The notes: generated from the letters alone by a model not told the origin. Counted from the first letter of the stretch, positions 1 through 13,399 are shown. The stretch: 64,000 bases of DNA from Octopus bimaculoides (GCF_001194135.2 NC_068981.1:98502933-98566932), one strand, 5' to 3'. A program made the numbers and translations.

Positions 1-67
1 CTATGGCATATGTGTTCCCCCCAGCTGGACGGGACGCCAGTCCATCGCAGTGTTACTCAAGAAACAA

Positions 68-243
68 TAAGAGAAAGTTGGGGCGAAAGAGTACAGCAGG
101 GGTTGCCACCACCCCCTGCCGCAGTCTCGTGGAGCTTAGGTGTTTTCGCTCAATAAACACTCACAACGCCCAGTCTGGGAATCGAAACCACAATCCTCCG
201 ACTGCGAGTGCACTGCCCTAACCACTGGGTCATTGTGCCTCTA
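68..243 (-). mobile_element. tRNA-derived SINE, family C here (5' part)
   Basis: Reverse complement has a tRNA-like head (A box cagtggttagggc, B box ggtttcgattccc) and matches the fuller copy at 40593-40974. Confidence 0.8.
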
Positions 244-249
244 CCTAGA

Positions 250-1430
250 CTGGTACTTTATTTTATTTTATTGACCCCCCAAAAAAATGAAAGCTAAAGT
301 TGATTTCAGTGGGATTTGAACTCAAAACATAAAGGACCAAAAGAAATATTGCATATTTTGTCTGACATATTTATGATTCTGCCAATCCATTACTGTAAAT
401 TTTTCCAGCTATAAATACAAGGTCTGAAATTTTATAGCTGGGGCCTAGTCAGTTGCATCGACCCTGAAAGGATGAAAAGCAAAGTTGATCTTGGCAGAAT
501 TTGAACTCAGAACATGAAGCCAAAAGAAATGCCACTAAACATTTTATTCAGTGTTCTAACAATTCTGCCAGCTTGCAGCCTTAAATAATAATTCTCTCTG
601 CTTTAGGCACAACACTTGGAATTCTGAGGGGTGGGGGTTAGTCAACTACATCAACCCCAGTGCTCAACTGGCATTTATTTTATCGACTCCAAAAGGATGA
701 AAGGCAACATCAATGCCAGATGAAATGCTGCTAATGATTCTGCAAGCTCACCACCTTACTAATATAATAATAATCCTTTCTATTATAGGCACAAGGCCTA
801 AAATTTTGGGGAGGGGCTGAGTCGATTACACTGACCCCCAGTGTTCAACTGGTACTTATTTTATCAATCCTGAAAGAAGACCTTGGTGGAATTTGAACTC
901 AGAACATAAAGATGGGCGAAATGCTGCTAAGCATTTTTTTCCAGCATGCTGATGATTCTGTAAGCTCACCATCTTAATAATAATAATAATCTGTTCTACT
1001 AAAGATACAAGGCCTGAAATTTGGTGGGAGGAGACGAGTTGATTACATTGACCCCAGTGTTTCACTGGTACTTAATTTATTAACCCTGAAAGGATGGAAG
1101 GCAAAGTCGAACTCGGCAGAATTTGAACTCAGAACGTAGTGGCAGGCAAAATACCACTAAGCCAGCTCTCTGCTTTATTAATACTACTCCTACTATAACT
1201 ACTATTAATAATAATGATAATAATAATAATCCTTTCTACTCTCGGCACAAGGCCTGAAATTTTGAGGGAGGTGGCTAGTCAATTACATCAACCCCAGTGC
1301 TCAACTTGTACTTATTTTATTGACCCCAAAAGGATGAAACCTTGGTGGAATTTGAACTCAGAACATAAAGCAGGGAGAAATGCCATGAAGCATTTTGCCC
1401 AACAATTCTTCCAGCTTACCACTTTAATAG
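250..1430 (-). mobile_element. Array of about five to six degraded SINE family A copies separated by (TAA)n
   Basis: Recurrent actggtacttattttatcgacccc-gaaaggatgaaaggcaaagt...gaatttgaactcagaac modules joined by aataataat tracts. Confidence 0.85.
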
Positions 1431-1437
1431 CCAGATA

Positions 1438-2560
1438 CAATACCAGGCAGTGGCTCTCATCACGTCTGATTTTAACTTATTAGAAGTGTTATCATGGACA
1501 TGTTTTGTCATGGTTAAAAAGATGGGCTACAACAAATATGCTGTTCAATACCACAGATCTGCTTATCAGTTGCTTGATCTTAACCAGTTGAGCATGATCC
1601 TTAGTGGCTGACAATATGTGCATCTCTGATCACAAGCAGGAGTAGTGGGGGGGGGGGAGCATCATAGCCAGGTGTTGAAAGGAATTCTTTGGGGTTTAAA
1701 TAATTCACCCCTGGAAACAGGTGTTTCATTCATCATTCTTAAATAACCCTTATTTAGAGACCTTCTGAGCAGAATGAGCTACTTAACCTGGAGGAATTTC
1801 TAGCTGGGCCCCACCTACAAGGTCATGCATTGTTTATCTTGATGTGAGATCACCATGTCATGCACATATGGTTGTGATGCATGTGCCTAGTGTACCCTTA
1901 TCAGACGGGTAGTCATGATGTGTATATTGGGCTTTGTATACTTGTACCCCAGTGTCACTTTGATGGCATGCATTTCTCTCTAACTCAATAATAATAGAAA
2001 TAATAATAATAATATGCAGTACCAGACAGTGGCTCACATGACTTCTAATTTTAACTGTCTGGAAGTGTTAGCATGTACATTGTTTTGTCTTGGTATAAAA
2101 GATGGGCAAATATTCTGTTCAATACCACAGCTCTACTTGATCTTAACCACTTGAGCATGACCCTTAGTGGCTGATGATTTGTGCATCTCTGATCACGAGC
2201 AGAAGTAGTTGGGGGAGCATCATAGCCATGTGTTGAGAGGAATTCTTTGGGATTTGGATAATTCACCAGTGGAAGCAAGAGTATTTCATCCAACATCCTT
2301 AAACAACCCTTATTCAGGGATGTTTTGAGTGGGATGGGTAACTCAACCTGAAGAAAATTCTAACTGGGCCCTACCTGCAAGGTCATGCGCTGTTTATTTT
2401 GATATGAGATCACCAGGTTGTGCATATATGGTTGTGATGCATGTGCCTGGTGTACCTATATCGGACAGGTAGTCATGAAGGGTATTGTATATGAATGGGC
2501 TTTGTATATTTTACCCCAGTGTCACTTTGATGGCATGCACTATTCTCTCATTCAATAATA
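1438..2560 (+). repeat. Two tandem copies of a ~550-bp interspersed repeat with (AAT)n tail (unclassified retroelement 3' end)
   Basis: 1438-1995 and 2017-2560 are colinear (taccaggcagtggctc...ctcaataataata); a third, inverted copy lies at about 22690-23255. Confidence 0.8.
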
Positions 2561-2938
2561 AAGTAGACATCATTGCATTATGGATTAATAATGATATTTA
2601 TTTCAAATTATTTCCATTCAAACATACATGATATAGATATTAAGGAAACAATACAATTTGTGAGGGGATTTGGGGAATAAAAATGCTCTGAAATGGAGGA
2701 AGAAAAAAAAAATCAGGGAGGAAAAAAATGAAAATGTTTGTTTTTTTAAAGACCTTATTGCAACGTTCCATTTTTGTTGCCTTTGTAAAATATATACAAA
2801 TTTCCATTTTCATGTAAGTAATTGTTTAGATGGTTTAAAGCCATACTTGAGATTTTTGTTGAATTTTTTTTTTGTTTTTGTTTTTCATTGAGTGCAAAGT
2901 TTGACTTAAAAATATTTACAAATGATTTTGTGTTTTAA

Positions 2939-3140
2939 CCCTTTAGTATTCAGAAACTTATGTATTCACATTGTTTTGAATTAATCGTGCATTATCTTAT
3001 AGCTTCAAGGTTTTGATGATGTGATTGTTTATTTTGAGGATGACATTGTAGAGTATGTGTGAGAGACCAGATTTGGCTGGTTTGAACAAAAAGCATGTAG
3101 AATATTTGGGCCTGATATGGCTGGTTTAAATGCCAAAGGG
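2939..3140. mobile_element. piggyBac-like MITE (~200-220 bp)
   Basis: TIRs CCCTTTAG(C/T)ATT...AATGC(C/T)AAAGGG flanked by TTAA; further copies at ~10822-11041, 14342-14547, 26275-26430, 40007-40223 and 45046-45270. Confidence 0.75.
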
Positions 3141-4049
3141 TTAAATATTATGGAGTAAAAGCCAATGGTTCCTTTCTTGTAGCCTAATGGCTATAGGCTT
3201 GTTCCTTCTCTTGAGAAAGAAAGGAGGTGGATGCAAAAAGAAACTGGGACAAAATGAAAGAAAACCAAAATATTGAGAGAAATGATGCAGTGCAAAATCT
3301 GAATTAGTCATGGGTAAAATGGGGCCTGCAGGCTGCATTGCATCCCATAGGACTTTCTGAATGGGATGCCTAATAAAAGTAATGTTTATCACCAATTTGT
3401 TAGATACCTAACAAAATTTACCTTGAATTTTTTTTAGTAGTGTAACCCAATTGATGATAAGCCACGACCCATGTAGCCCACTTTTTGAGAAATGTTGCCT
3501 ATGCCTGATCTAAATGTTGCACAATTTCAACCAAAATTTTTTTAAAATTTTATGGGAAAAGAGAAAAAACAAAGCATCTCCTCAGTTCCTGTTTCCACTC
3601 ATACAATTTACACTAGGTTTTGTAAAATCTGTTAATGCTGCTTCAACTAAAATGTGTTCAGTTTCAGATACAAATTAAAGTGCTCCAAGCAAAGATGAAA
3701 TGTAAAAATGAAAAACAAAAAGGAAGGAACAAAAACCAAAAGGATGAAAAAAGGAAATACATAGGTCTACATGAGATGTGCCACACCGCTCTCAAAGTAT
3801 TAGATAAGCAAAATAAATATTTGATTCCATTTTAACTAAAAAAGTTAATAGATGAAAACAAATGGAAAGTCGTCTGTACATATGTCAGGGATATTTGACA
3901 TGGTGACATCAAGCTGAATGCAATAAATAGTAAAAGTATATACATAGTTGGTATTTATCAGCATTTTATTCTACTACTATAAGTATTCCAATGTGGACTG
4001 TATCCAACCTATAAGAAATATTATTCATTTATCATCCCAATTCAATGGA

Positions 4050-5950
4050 CTGACATTGAGAATAAGTAGCTGAGAAATAATATCCTGGGGATTTAAAAGC
4101 ATTGGCACATTCATCTTGATGGAAAATTCACGTCTTCAGGTATTAAGGGAATTTACTCCATCATATCAAGGAACTCTGCACAAAGTGGGGTTGGACTGAT
4201 GTTCAACAAGGTACTACAGGGCATCAAGTCCGACAGTGATCATGTCCTTATAACCGAATTTGAAGGAAACTATTAGAACTGTTGTAGATAGCTACTTGCT
4301 TCCAAAACTCCATTGACAAAGAGGATATGGAGGAAAATCTATGTAAAACTTTGTGTCTTACTGGTGCAGCTAATAACATATGACCATCTTTGGTGACTTT
4401 AACAACTGAATTGATTTGGAAGACATGTCCTTCTCATTATTTAACCTCACTAAATAGAATGGTGTCCTTTTAGGAACACAACTTCACCTCTCCTACCACA
4501 GTTTTAGAAGTGTACAAGTGAACTGTGGACATATGAGGGTTGCACAACTCTAGCCAAGAATAACTAGATTACATCCTCATGAGAAAAAAAAAGTGTCACG
4601 AGCGTGATGAACCCAAAAGTTTACTATAGCTTCAACACAATTGGGTCTGATTATAGAATTGTGACAACAAAGTGAGCCTGAGCTACTAAGTCCAGGAGAC
4701 AACAAGAATGAAGATATCTCCACCAACCTTATTGGCATTGACAAAAAACTGTTGAGTTGAAAAAGGTGCTGAAGTTGATAGGATCCCACCTGAGGTTACT
4801 CAAGGACTGCAACAAGAAAGCAGAAGGACACAACCACAACAATGGTCTCTTTCAAACATTATTTTTTTTTTTTCAAGTCCAGATCACTTACCAAGACTGA
4901 CAACTATCATGGTATCAGGGTAGCCTGCCTTTCCGCAACTGTATATTCAGATAATCTCTAACAAGATAAATGTAGCCATCAGCCCCAAGCTGAGATATAA
5001 CCAGAATAGTTTCCATGTGAAGCAAACAATATTGCACAGATCCTGGTCCTTTCTGAGAATAATAGAAGAGAATGAAAAACCTATTCACTGTTATCTTGAT
5101 ATTTATCAACTTCAAGAAAACATTTGATTCAATTCATAAGAAGAAATGAATGATGAAGACCCTTGAGGTATAAGGAAAACTACCTCAAATCCTTCAAACC
5201 AGCAAGTCCACACACATACACAGCACAGAATGGTGAAATTAAAGTGCTTGAGAAGCAGATTGAGGTTCTACAAAATGACACATGTTATCATTTTGGCTAT
5301 GCCCTCAACAAGCAATTGGGGCTAATAAGAAACTAGAGTTCATCATAATACCAAGGGGAGCTCAGGAAGATTGGTTTGATGACACTAATTGATTTGGACC
5401 TTACCAATGACATCACTTTGATAATGGGAGAAATCACAAATGATCAGATCCTTCTGTCAAGGATATAAACTCAGTGCAACAAAGTCAGGCTACATCATAA
5501 GCCACTCAAATTATTGAAGGTACTCCATTCAAGCAGGTTTATGGTTTCAAGTTCTTGGAAGCATTCACAGAAACCTTGGAGAGGGTGGGGGCATCAAAAT
5601 GCAACGAGGGTTGACTGGAATCTGCTCAGTGTTATAAAGAATATGTAAACCTCCTCCCTCTCCTGAAAAGACAAGAATAATATCTTTGCAGCAGAAAGAA
5701 AACCCTCCTTTATGGATGTAAAAGTCGTATCTTGGCTAACTCCACATCTTATCAGCAATAGATGCAAAAAATTACCAATGAATATGTCTATGGCAACATC
5801 TCCAAGTTAATGAAAGATAGAAAAAAAGATGGGTGTGACTTGACATGCACTTAGGGTTGTCTCCCAGCCAAGTTATCACTTAGGTGAACCCTAGGCACCA
5901 TTCTAAAATCACAGTCAAGACCTTGAAGGAGGGCAGCACTGCTGTGACTG
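4050..5950 (+). mobile_element. Degenerate non-LTR retrotransposon (endonuclease + RT remnants, RTE-like)
   Basis: Broken frames with FGDFN (endonuclease GDFN motif, ~4390), SDYR (SDH-like), IFINFKKTFDSIH (~5100; RT FIDFxKAFDS motif) and FKFLGS (~5545); many stops and frameshifts. Confidence 0.7.
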
Positions 5951-6714
5951 CTGATGAACTCATGATATTCCTGATAGAATATGTTAGATGGCACGTCTCT
6001 TACTACACCTGACATATGTGCAAATTGTAGTCAACAGAAAGAACTATTACATCCACTAATATTCTAAAGAAACTATGTTATGCATTTATGTGTGTATAAA
6101 TAATATATTTCTATTCTATTTAGTTTTTTTTATATAACCCATACTTCACCCAGAGAGTGATATATTAGAACAGAGGAGGACAGAGCTGTATGCTCAGTAT
6201 ACAAATAACTTGCTAAAAAAATCAATACTTCATAGACAATTATTTTACAATTTTGCTAAGTCAATAATAAAAAAAAAAGAAACTGATTTCCTAACTTTTG
6301 TAGTTTTTTTTTTAAATGTAAAGATACAAGAAAGATGACAAAAACAGTGTCGCCTAATGTTTTGGTAGTTGGATGGAGAATGATGGTAAGGGTACACAAA
6401 GGAACCAAAATTACAAATATTAAGTTTCTATTGAAACCGATTTAAAAAAAAAATGTCAACAGTGTAAGGGGGGTAACTCATCGTCGTGAATTTTTTAAAT
6501 TTATTCAAAAATTGTCAAGATAAGGAATAGTGCACTAAATGCCATACGCATAAGGTCTTTAATTGAAATTTCCCATATAGTTGGAGGTAAAAAATAATAA
6601 TAGAAAAAAAAAACCTAGCAACAATTTTGTTAATGATTTTCAAGGAAATGTGGAGACAATTTCAAGAAATAAGGTATCTCGAATTACCTCCCCTGTTTTG
6701 TAGAATTCACAGTA

Positions 6715-7060
6715 AAAGATAACAGCAATTGATTCACTAACAATTGTTATCAGTCTCTTTTGCTGAACCGCTACGTTACAGGGATGTAAACAATCTAGCA
6801 CTGGTTGTCGAACTATGATGAAGGGCAATCAAAAACATACACACGCGCATGCGTACACACACACACACACATACATACATACACACACACACACACAAAG
6901 GGTTTCTTTCAGTTTCTGTCTATACCAAATCCACTCACAAGGCTTTGGTCGGCCTAGAGCTATAGCAGAAGAGCAGAAGAGACTTGCCCAAGGTGCTATG
7001 CAGTGGGACGGAACCCAAAAACATACGTTTGGGAAACTACATACCACACAACCATGTCTG
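6715..7060 (-). mobile_element. tRNA-derived SINE family B (CORE-like body, internal CA microsatellite)
   Basis: Colinear with the copies at 14785-15245 and 44280-44660 (gggcaagtgtcttctactatagc...ggatttggtagacggaaactgaaagaa). Confidence 0.8.
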
Positions 7061-7766
7061 TGCCTATTAGTTGGAGAAAGGAAGAAAAAAAAATCTATGA
7101 AAAAATAGTCTGTGGGGAAAAATTTAATTAAGAATTTTCTTCATGCCATTTGTCCAGTTATTTCCCTTAATTCATTTTTTTTTTTCAGAATTTTTTTTTT
7201 TTTTATAAATAGATACCAACAAAAAGCTTGGGAGTATTTCATGCCACAGTGCAAAAGAAATGCTACAAAAGTTCTAATTCTAAATATGTTTTCAGGATCT
7301 CTCGATAATAAATGTTGGAGTGAGTCTTATGCATAAAGAATATTGTCAATATGGTGAACAGAAATTTTTTTATATACTTTTAAATATGGAGCTCCCTTGT
7401 GAGGTGCAGGCACAAATTGGAAGTGGTTGGTGCTCAGGACTTTCAAAGGACATTTAGTAATTTGAATGAAACAGTTTCAACTAAAACGCAAAACTAGATC
7501 ACATACGTTTTTCTTAGTCAAGAACCACTCAGACACCATCATGGACTAAGTGTGCATAAATTCAGTCTATTGTTAATGTAGTTTTGTACTTTTTTAACAA
7601 CAGTTGTTTCACAGCGAGGATGAAGATTTACAGATTACTGACAAGAAATAATAGGAAAGGAATTTTATTGGGAGGTAATCCTCAGTATATTTGGTGATAA
7701 ATTAGTAGGGTGGATAAAATAGCGAATTAGCAGTTCATGGATTAGGAGTTCAAATCTACTGCATAT

Positions 7767-7837
7767 CTATGACTTCATTGTTGAACCAGATATTTTATAC
7801 AGCAAGCTTTCTTCACTGTCAATTTTTTCAGTTATAG
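7767..7837 (-). CDS. Candidate terminal exon of an unidentified gene ((A)ITEKIDSEESLLYKISGSTMKS*)
   Basis: Long T-rich tract plus tttag acceptor; phase-1 open frame to TAG at 7767-7769; no homology recognised. Confidence 0.3.
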
Positions 7838-7872
7838 CTAAATTATTAAAGGTAAAAGTAGTTCAACAAACA

Positions 7873-7937
7873 GAATTCAAAAAAAAAAATTGTATGTGTG
7901 TGTATATATATATACATATATATATATTTATATACAT

Positions 7938-7987
<50 letters not shown>

Positions 7988-8172
7988 NNNNNNNNNNNNN
8001 NNNNNNNNNNNNNNNNNNNNNNNNNNNNNNNNNNNNNNNNNNNNNNNNNNNNNNNNNNNNNNNNNNNNNNNNNNNNNNNNNNNNNNNNNNNNNNNNNNNN
8101 NNNNNNNNNNNNNNNNNNNNNNNNNNNNNNNNNNNNNNNNNNNNNNNNNNNNNNNTATATATACACACACAC

Positions 8173-8223
<51 letters not shown>

Positions 8224-8996
8224 AATAGATATCAGAGACGTGCTGCCTGGGTAAGCAAAGTAAGCAGTGCCTACCCTGAATAAAATGGATCGATAGTAAC
8301 ATTTTCCTTTTATGGCAAGATATGCACATAATCCATTAAAACTATGAAGGTTACTCTGATTACTATGCATAAAATGCAAAATATATATTTTTTTCTGTAG
8401 ATTAGGTAGGCATAATTCGCCCCTGACTTTCAATCTCAGTATTAAAGCTACTCATAGTACTGCTGTAGTATATGCATTGCGTATACATATATATATATAT
8501 ATGAGTATATGCATATATATGTACATGCATGTATACACCTTCATCCACATGTACATATAGATACACAACCGGGTACATGACGTGGCAAAAGAACATGGAC
8601 AAAATGGTAAACAAGGTGCAACAAACAAGCAGGCCACATAGAAACATCCCCTTCATCAGCTGCCATATATATATATATATATGCATATATATATATATAG
8701 ACACATACATACATATATGTAGACACATATATATATATATATATATATATANNNNNNNNNNNNNNNNNNNNNNNNNNNNNNNNNNNNNNNNNNNNNNNNN
8801 NNNNNNNNNNNNNNNNNNNNNNNNNNNNNNNNNNNNNNNNNNNNNNNNNNNNNNNNNNNNNNNNNNNNNNNNNNNNNNNNNNNNNNNNNNNNNNNNNNNN
8901 NNNNNNNNNNNNNNNNNNNNNNNNNNNNNNNNNNNNNNNNNNNNNNNNNNNNNNNNNNNNNNNNNNNNNNNNNNNNNNNNNNNNNNNNNNNNNNNN

Positions 8997-9039
<43 letters not shown>

Positions 9040-9180
9040 TACATATATATACATAAAATACACTGCCTTATTGCATTGCCTCCATTTAAATTATTAAACG
9101 GTATACATACATACATATACATATATATATATACACACACATACACACACACATATATATGCACACACACACATGTATAT
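7873..9180. repeat. (AT)n/(CA)n microsatellite blocks with assembly gaps
   Basis: Dinucleotide runs abut the N gaps at ~7988-8155 and ~8752-8996; the YIYI/HTHT ORFs come from these runs. Confidence 0.95.
8539..8659 (-). CDS. Candidate exon with a hydrophobic (TM-like) segment LMKGMFLCGLLVCCTLFTILSMFFCHVMYPVVYLYVHVDE
   Basis: Island of complex sequence between microsatellites; ggcag acceptor (weak, no pyrimidine tract) and GAAG|GTGTAT donor; phase 0 to phase 1 fits the neighbouring candidates. Confidence 0.3.
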
Positions 9181-9408
9181 ATATATACTCATACAAACAC
9201 AGATAGTCTATAAGAGGCAAACTCTGACAGAGTGCCAAGGAAAGACCAATGACCATCTGCCAGACCTCACTGTCTCTTTGAATTTTAAGAGAATACCTCT
9301 ACACACACAAAAAAAAAACCCACCCCAGCACCTGAGAAGCTTTAACAAGGTCCAATTTCTCATTAAGACTCAGTACATACATTTTATATACATATACATA
9401 CACAGATA

Positions 9409-9443
<35 letters not shown>

Positions 9444-10537
9444 ATGCACACACACACAATATCAAATTAAATAAATACTCTAGATTTTGTCTCTAAAATT
9501 TGTCAAATCCTTTCTCACAAGAATATATTCCCATTTTAATTCCTTTAGCTTATTATAACTTCAACAAATAATACCCTGCAAAATTCAACATATACATTAA
9601 TTCAAAAGTGGAAATAAACCATTAAAACATAAGAATAGTTGAAGTAAATTAAACACAAATGGATATAAGAAAATTTAACACTTAGTATAAATTATTTTTT
9701 AAGTTGTTCATGTAGAAAAATCCACAGATAATTTCATATCAGAGCTCATAAGACCCATTCCATATCAGTCTAAGACAGCTTTAGAGTTTTGTTTGTTTTT
9801 GTTGTTTTTTTTTTTTGCTAAGTACCTTTTTTTAATTGGCAAGGAGGATCCTGACATTTTATTAATCTTTTATTAACAGTTATGTCTGTTTAATTGCAAC
9901 TTAAAATCACAACCTTTTTGTTTTAATTCCTAATATCAAATTATCGTTATCTAATTCCTATGACTGTTGAAAGATTCTATAAATTGAAATATTTTTATAT
10001 CATCAAAGATTCTGCAATTCATTTATGAAATGGATGTACTGTCTAGATCCAAAAGTCAATCAACCATGAACATTAAGAGTGTGATGACCCTTATCTAAAG
10101 AAGGATGTAGCAAGGATTGCAACATAAATTAATCTCATTAATCAAACTAATTACTCATTCATCACATCATCACTCTGTAACAAGACTGAATTTGTTTGAA
10201 ACATCCTAAATATACTTTCATGTACAGAACTAATCAATTTTTCTGGAGAACAGTATGTTATCATACAATCAGCTGGATTTTACGTGGGTTCTTGAAAAGA
10301 ATTCTATCCAGGGATCCAGGTTTTTTGACACAGAATCTCAGAACTAGGTACTCATCTCTATAACACTGTCTTAAAGCAAGTTATCTCTTCAAAAGGATCA
10401 AAAGAAGTTCATTCATTATTGATGTAAGAAAATTAACTTAATGGTCTGCAACAACATTATCCAAATAATTGCATTTCCTTTCCTGTATTTAAATGATTTC
10501 TCGACTACTTTCCCCCACCCCATCATTACATGTATAT

Positions 10538-10768
10538 ATTTCTTTACTGCCCACAAGGGGCCAAACATAGAGGGGACAGACAAGGACAGACAAAGGGATT
10601 AAGTTGATTACATCGACCCCAGTGCGTAACTGGTACTTTATTTATCGACCCCGAAAGGATGAAAGGCAAAGTCGACCTCGGCGGAATTTGAACTCAGAAT
10701 GTAACGGCAGACGAAATACTGCTAAGCATCTCGCCCGGCTCGCTAACGTTTCTGCCAGCTCGCTCGCC
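10538..10768 (-). mobile_element. Full-length young SINE family A with 18-bp TSD
   Basis: tRNA head (tggcagaaacgttag; gagttcaaattcc) and the same tail as 59577-59807; TSD ccatcattacatgtatat on both sides. Confidence 0.9.
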
Positions 10769-11816
10769 ATCATTACATGTATATGGTTTACTTATCCTCT
10801 GCTTAGTAGCCTGTGGGTCAACCCTTTAGCATTCAGATTATTCTGTCAAATATAAAGCACATTTATTCACATTGCTTTGAATTAATCATGCATTATCTTG
10901 AAGCTTCAAAAGTATGATGATGGGATTGTTTGTTTTTAAAACAACATTGTAGGCTAGGTGTGAGAGGCCAGATATAGCCAGTTTGAACATAAAACAAAAA
11001 GAATATTTGGGCTGGATATGGTCAGTTTAAATGCCAAAGAGTTAGACATACTAGATATTCAAAACAATTCAAATGAGTACTGAGTGCTACAATGATATTA
11101 GTTTCCCAAAACAGTGGCCCACACAAAACAATTTGAATAACAATAACTTGTAATAATAACCACAATGATATAGCTTCATTTCAGATCTACTCCCTTCCAG
11201 ATTTAACAGATTTTAAAATAATAATGAAAAGAAAAGAGGTGCTTGTGTGTGTGTGTCCACGAGCGCATGTGTGTGCGTGCGTGCACATGCACATATGTGT
11301 GTAATTCTTTTTTAGAATTGAATTTCAAAGCACATAAATACTATAAATAAAAGTATGTGAAAATTAGGCTCAAAAACCCTTTTGGATAAAAAAAGTTGAA
11401 GGCAGCCCATGGATCATGACCCCACATCTCTGGTATGCATGAAGGGCAGCCTTTGACATTTTCTATCCAAAAGAGTTCTTCAACCCAATTTTTACATGAT
11501 ATTATTTATAGCATTTATGTGCTTCAAGATCTAATTCCCACCAAAATTATTTCATGTTCTCTCAAAAGTTTAGAAAATCTTATAACATGAACAATATATA
11601 AATACATACATATATATATATACATATATATATNNNNNNNNNNNNNNNNNNNNNNNNNNNNNNNNNNNNNNNNNNNNNNNNNNNNNNNNNNNNNNNNNNN
11701 NNNNNNNNNNNNNNNNNNNNNNNNNNNNNNNNNNNNNNNNNNNNNNNNNNNNNNNNNNNNNNNNNNNNNNNNNNNNNNNNNNNNNNNNNNNNNNNNNNNN
11801 TATATATATATGTATA

Positions 11817-11854
<38 letters not shown>

Positions 11855-12176
11855 ATAGTAGGGCTATCTATCAAAGTAAGAAAAATTTCTCACTGAGGTG
11901 CAAGTTTAAGGGTAGGAGGGAGATCGTGTGACAAACATGCCTTTCCAGTAGCACTAGCAGGGTAACAGATGAAGTGAATTTAGTTTCAGCCAAGAATCAA
12001 GAGTAGGTTAGAGATTTACCTCTTTCTACACAACATCTATCATAACTATAATAATGGTAGGCTACCTCTAGAGTGGCGGTGTTTGTGTAAAGCAGAGTAA
12101 GAAAGAAAGGCAAAAACAAAAAAAAAAGCAATTTAAAGTGAGGAGACATTTTGAAGGGAGACAAATGAGAGCTCAC

Positions 12177-12304
12177 CTGTAACCAGGGAGCTCCAGGGTG
12201 GAGGGTGTATTGGTCATAAGCAGAGAGCCATGCATCCAGGTGAAACAGAGATTCATGCAAATCTAAATTTTCCCCTTCGCCTGCCATCATTGCTGCAGCT
12301 ACTG
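12177..12304 (-). CDS. Candidate coding exon of an unidentified gene ((A)VAAAMMAGEGENLDLHESLFHLDAWLSAYDQYTLHPGAPWLQ)
   Basis: CTAAC branch point plus ttatcttcag acceptor, strong CAG|GTGAGC donor; only one of three frames is open; not repeat-like. Confidence 0.45.
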
Positions 12305-13399
12305 CTGAAGATAATGTTAGGTTGTTTGCTTTATTTTGTCTTTTGTTGTTAGTTTTTTGTTTCTTTTTTTTTTATGTTTTTTTTTTGTTTTTAAATTTTG
12401 GTTTTGTCTTTAAATAAAGGTCTGGCTCTGTAATTGGTTCCTTTCTGTGTTGATTAATGTAACCAGTTGAAAAGTTAAATCACCAAGATGTTCCAGCATG
12501 AAATAGGGACAATACCATTTCAATACAACAGAACATGATGGTAATTGAGAGATGAGAAGAANNNNNNNNNNNNNNNNNNNNNNNNNNNNNNNNNNNNNNN
12601 NNNNNNNNNNNNNNNNNNNNNNNNNNNNNNNNNNNNNNNNNNNNNNNNNNNNNNNNNNNNNNNNNNNNNNNNNNNNNNNNNNNNNNNNNNNNNNNNNNNN
12701 NNNNNNNNNNNNNNNNNNNNNNNNNNNNNNNNNNNNNNNNNNNNNNNNNNNNNNNNNNNNNNNNNNNNNNNNNNNNNNNNNNNNNNNNNNNNNNNNNNNN
12801 NNNNNNNNNNNNNNNNNNNNNNNNNNNNNNNNNNNNNNNNNNNNNNNNNNNNNNNNNNNNNNNNNNNNNNNNNNNNNNNNNNNNNNNNNNNNNNNNNNNN
12901 NNNNNNNNNNNNNNNNNNNNNNNNNNNNNNNNNNNNNNNNNNNNNNNNNNNNNNNNNNNNNNNNNNNNNNNNNNNNNNNNNNNNNNNNNNNNNNNNNNNN
13001 NNNNNNNNNNNNNNNNNNNNNNNNNNNNNNNNNNNNNNNNNNNNNNNNNNNNNNNNNNNNNNNNNNNNNNNNNNNNNNNNNNNNNNNNNNNNNNNNNNNN
13101 NNNNNNNNNNNNNNNNNNNNNNNNNNNNNNNNNNNNNNNNNNNNNNNNNNNNNNNNNNNNNNNNNNNNNNNNNNNNNNNNNNNNNNNNNNNNNNNNNNNN
13201 NNNNNNNNNNNNNNNNNNNNNNNNNNNNNNNNNNNNNNNNNNNNNNNNNNNNNNNNNNNNNNNNNNNNNNNNNNNNNNNNNNNNNNNNNNNNNNNNNNNN
13301 NNNNNNNNNNNNNNNNNNNNNNNNNNNNNNNNNNNNNNNNNNNNNNNNNNTAACAGATATATTTACCAAAATTACATTAAAATATCTTGAAATACTAAA

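Noticed and set aside
7846-9170. Many overlapping 110-210 aa ORFs rich in YI/CV/HT and X
   Set aside because: Translations of dinucleotide microsatellites and N gaps; the same applies at 12410-13418, 46291-46759, 50934-51861 and 62031-62622.
10180-10231. Minus-strand SVHESIFR resembling the missing SPRING1 SVQHENTYR exon
   Set aside because: The nearest AG puts it in the wrong phase and the downstream YCYG motif is absent.
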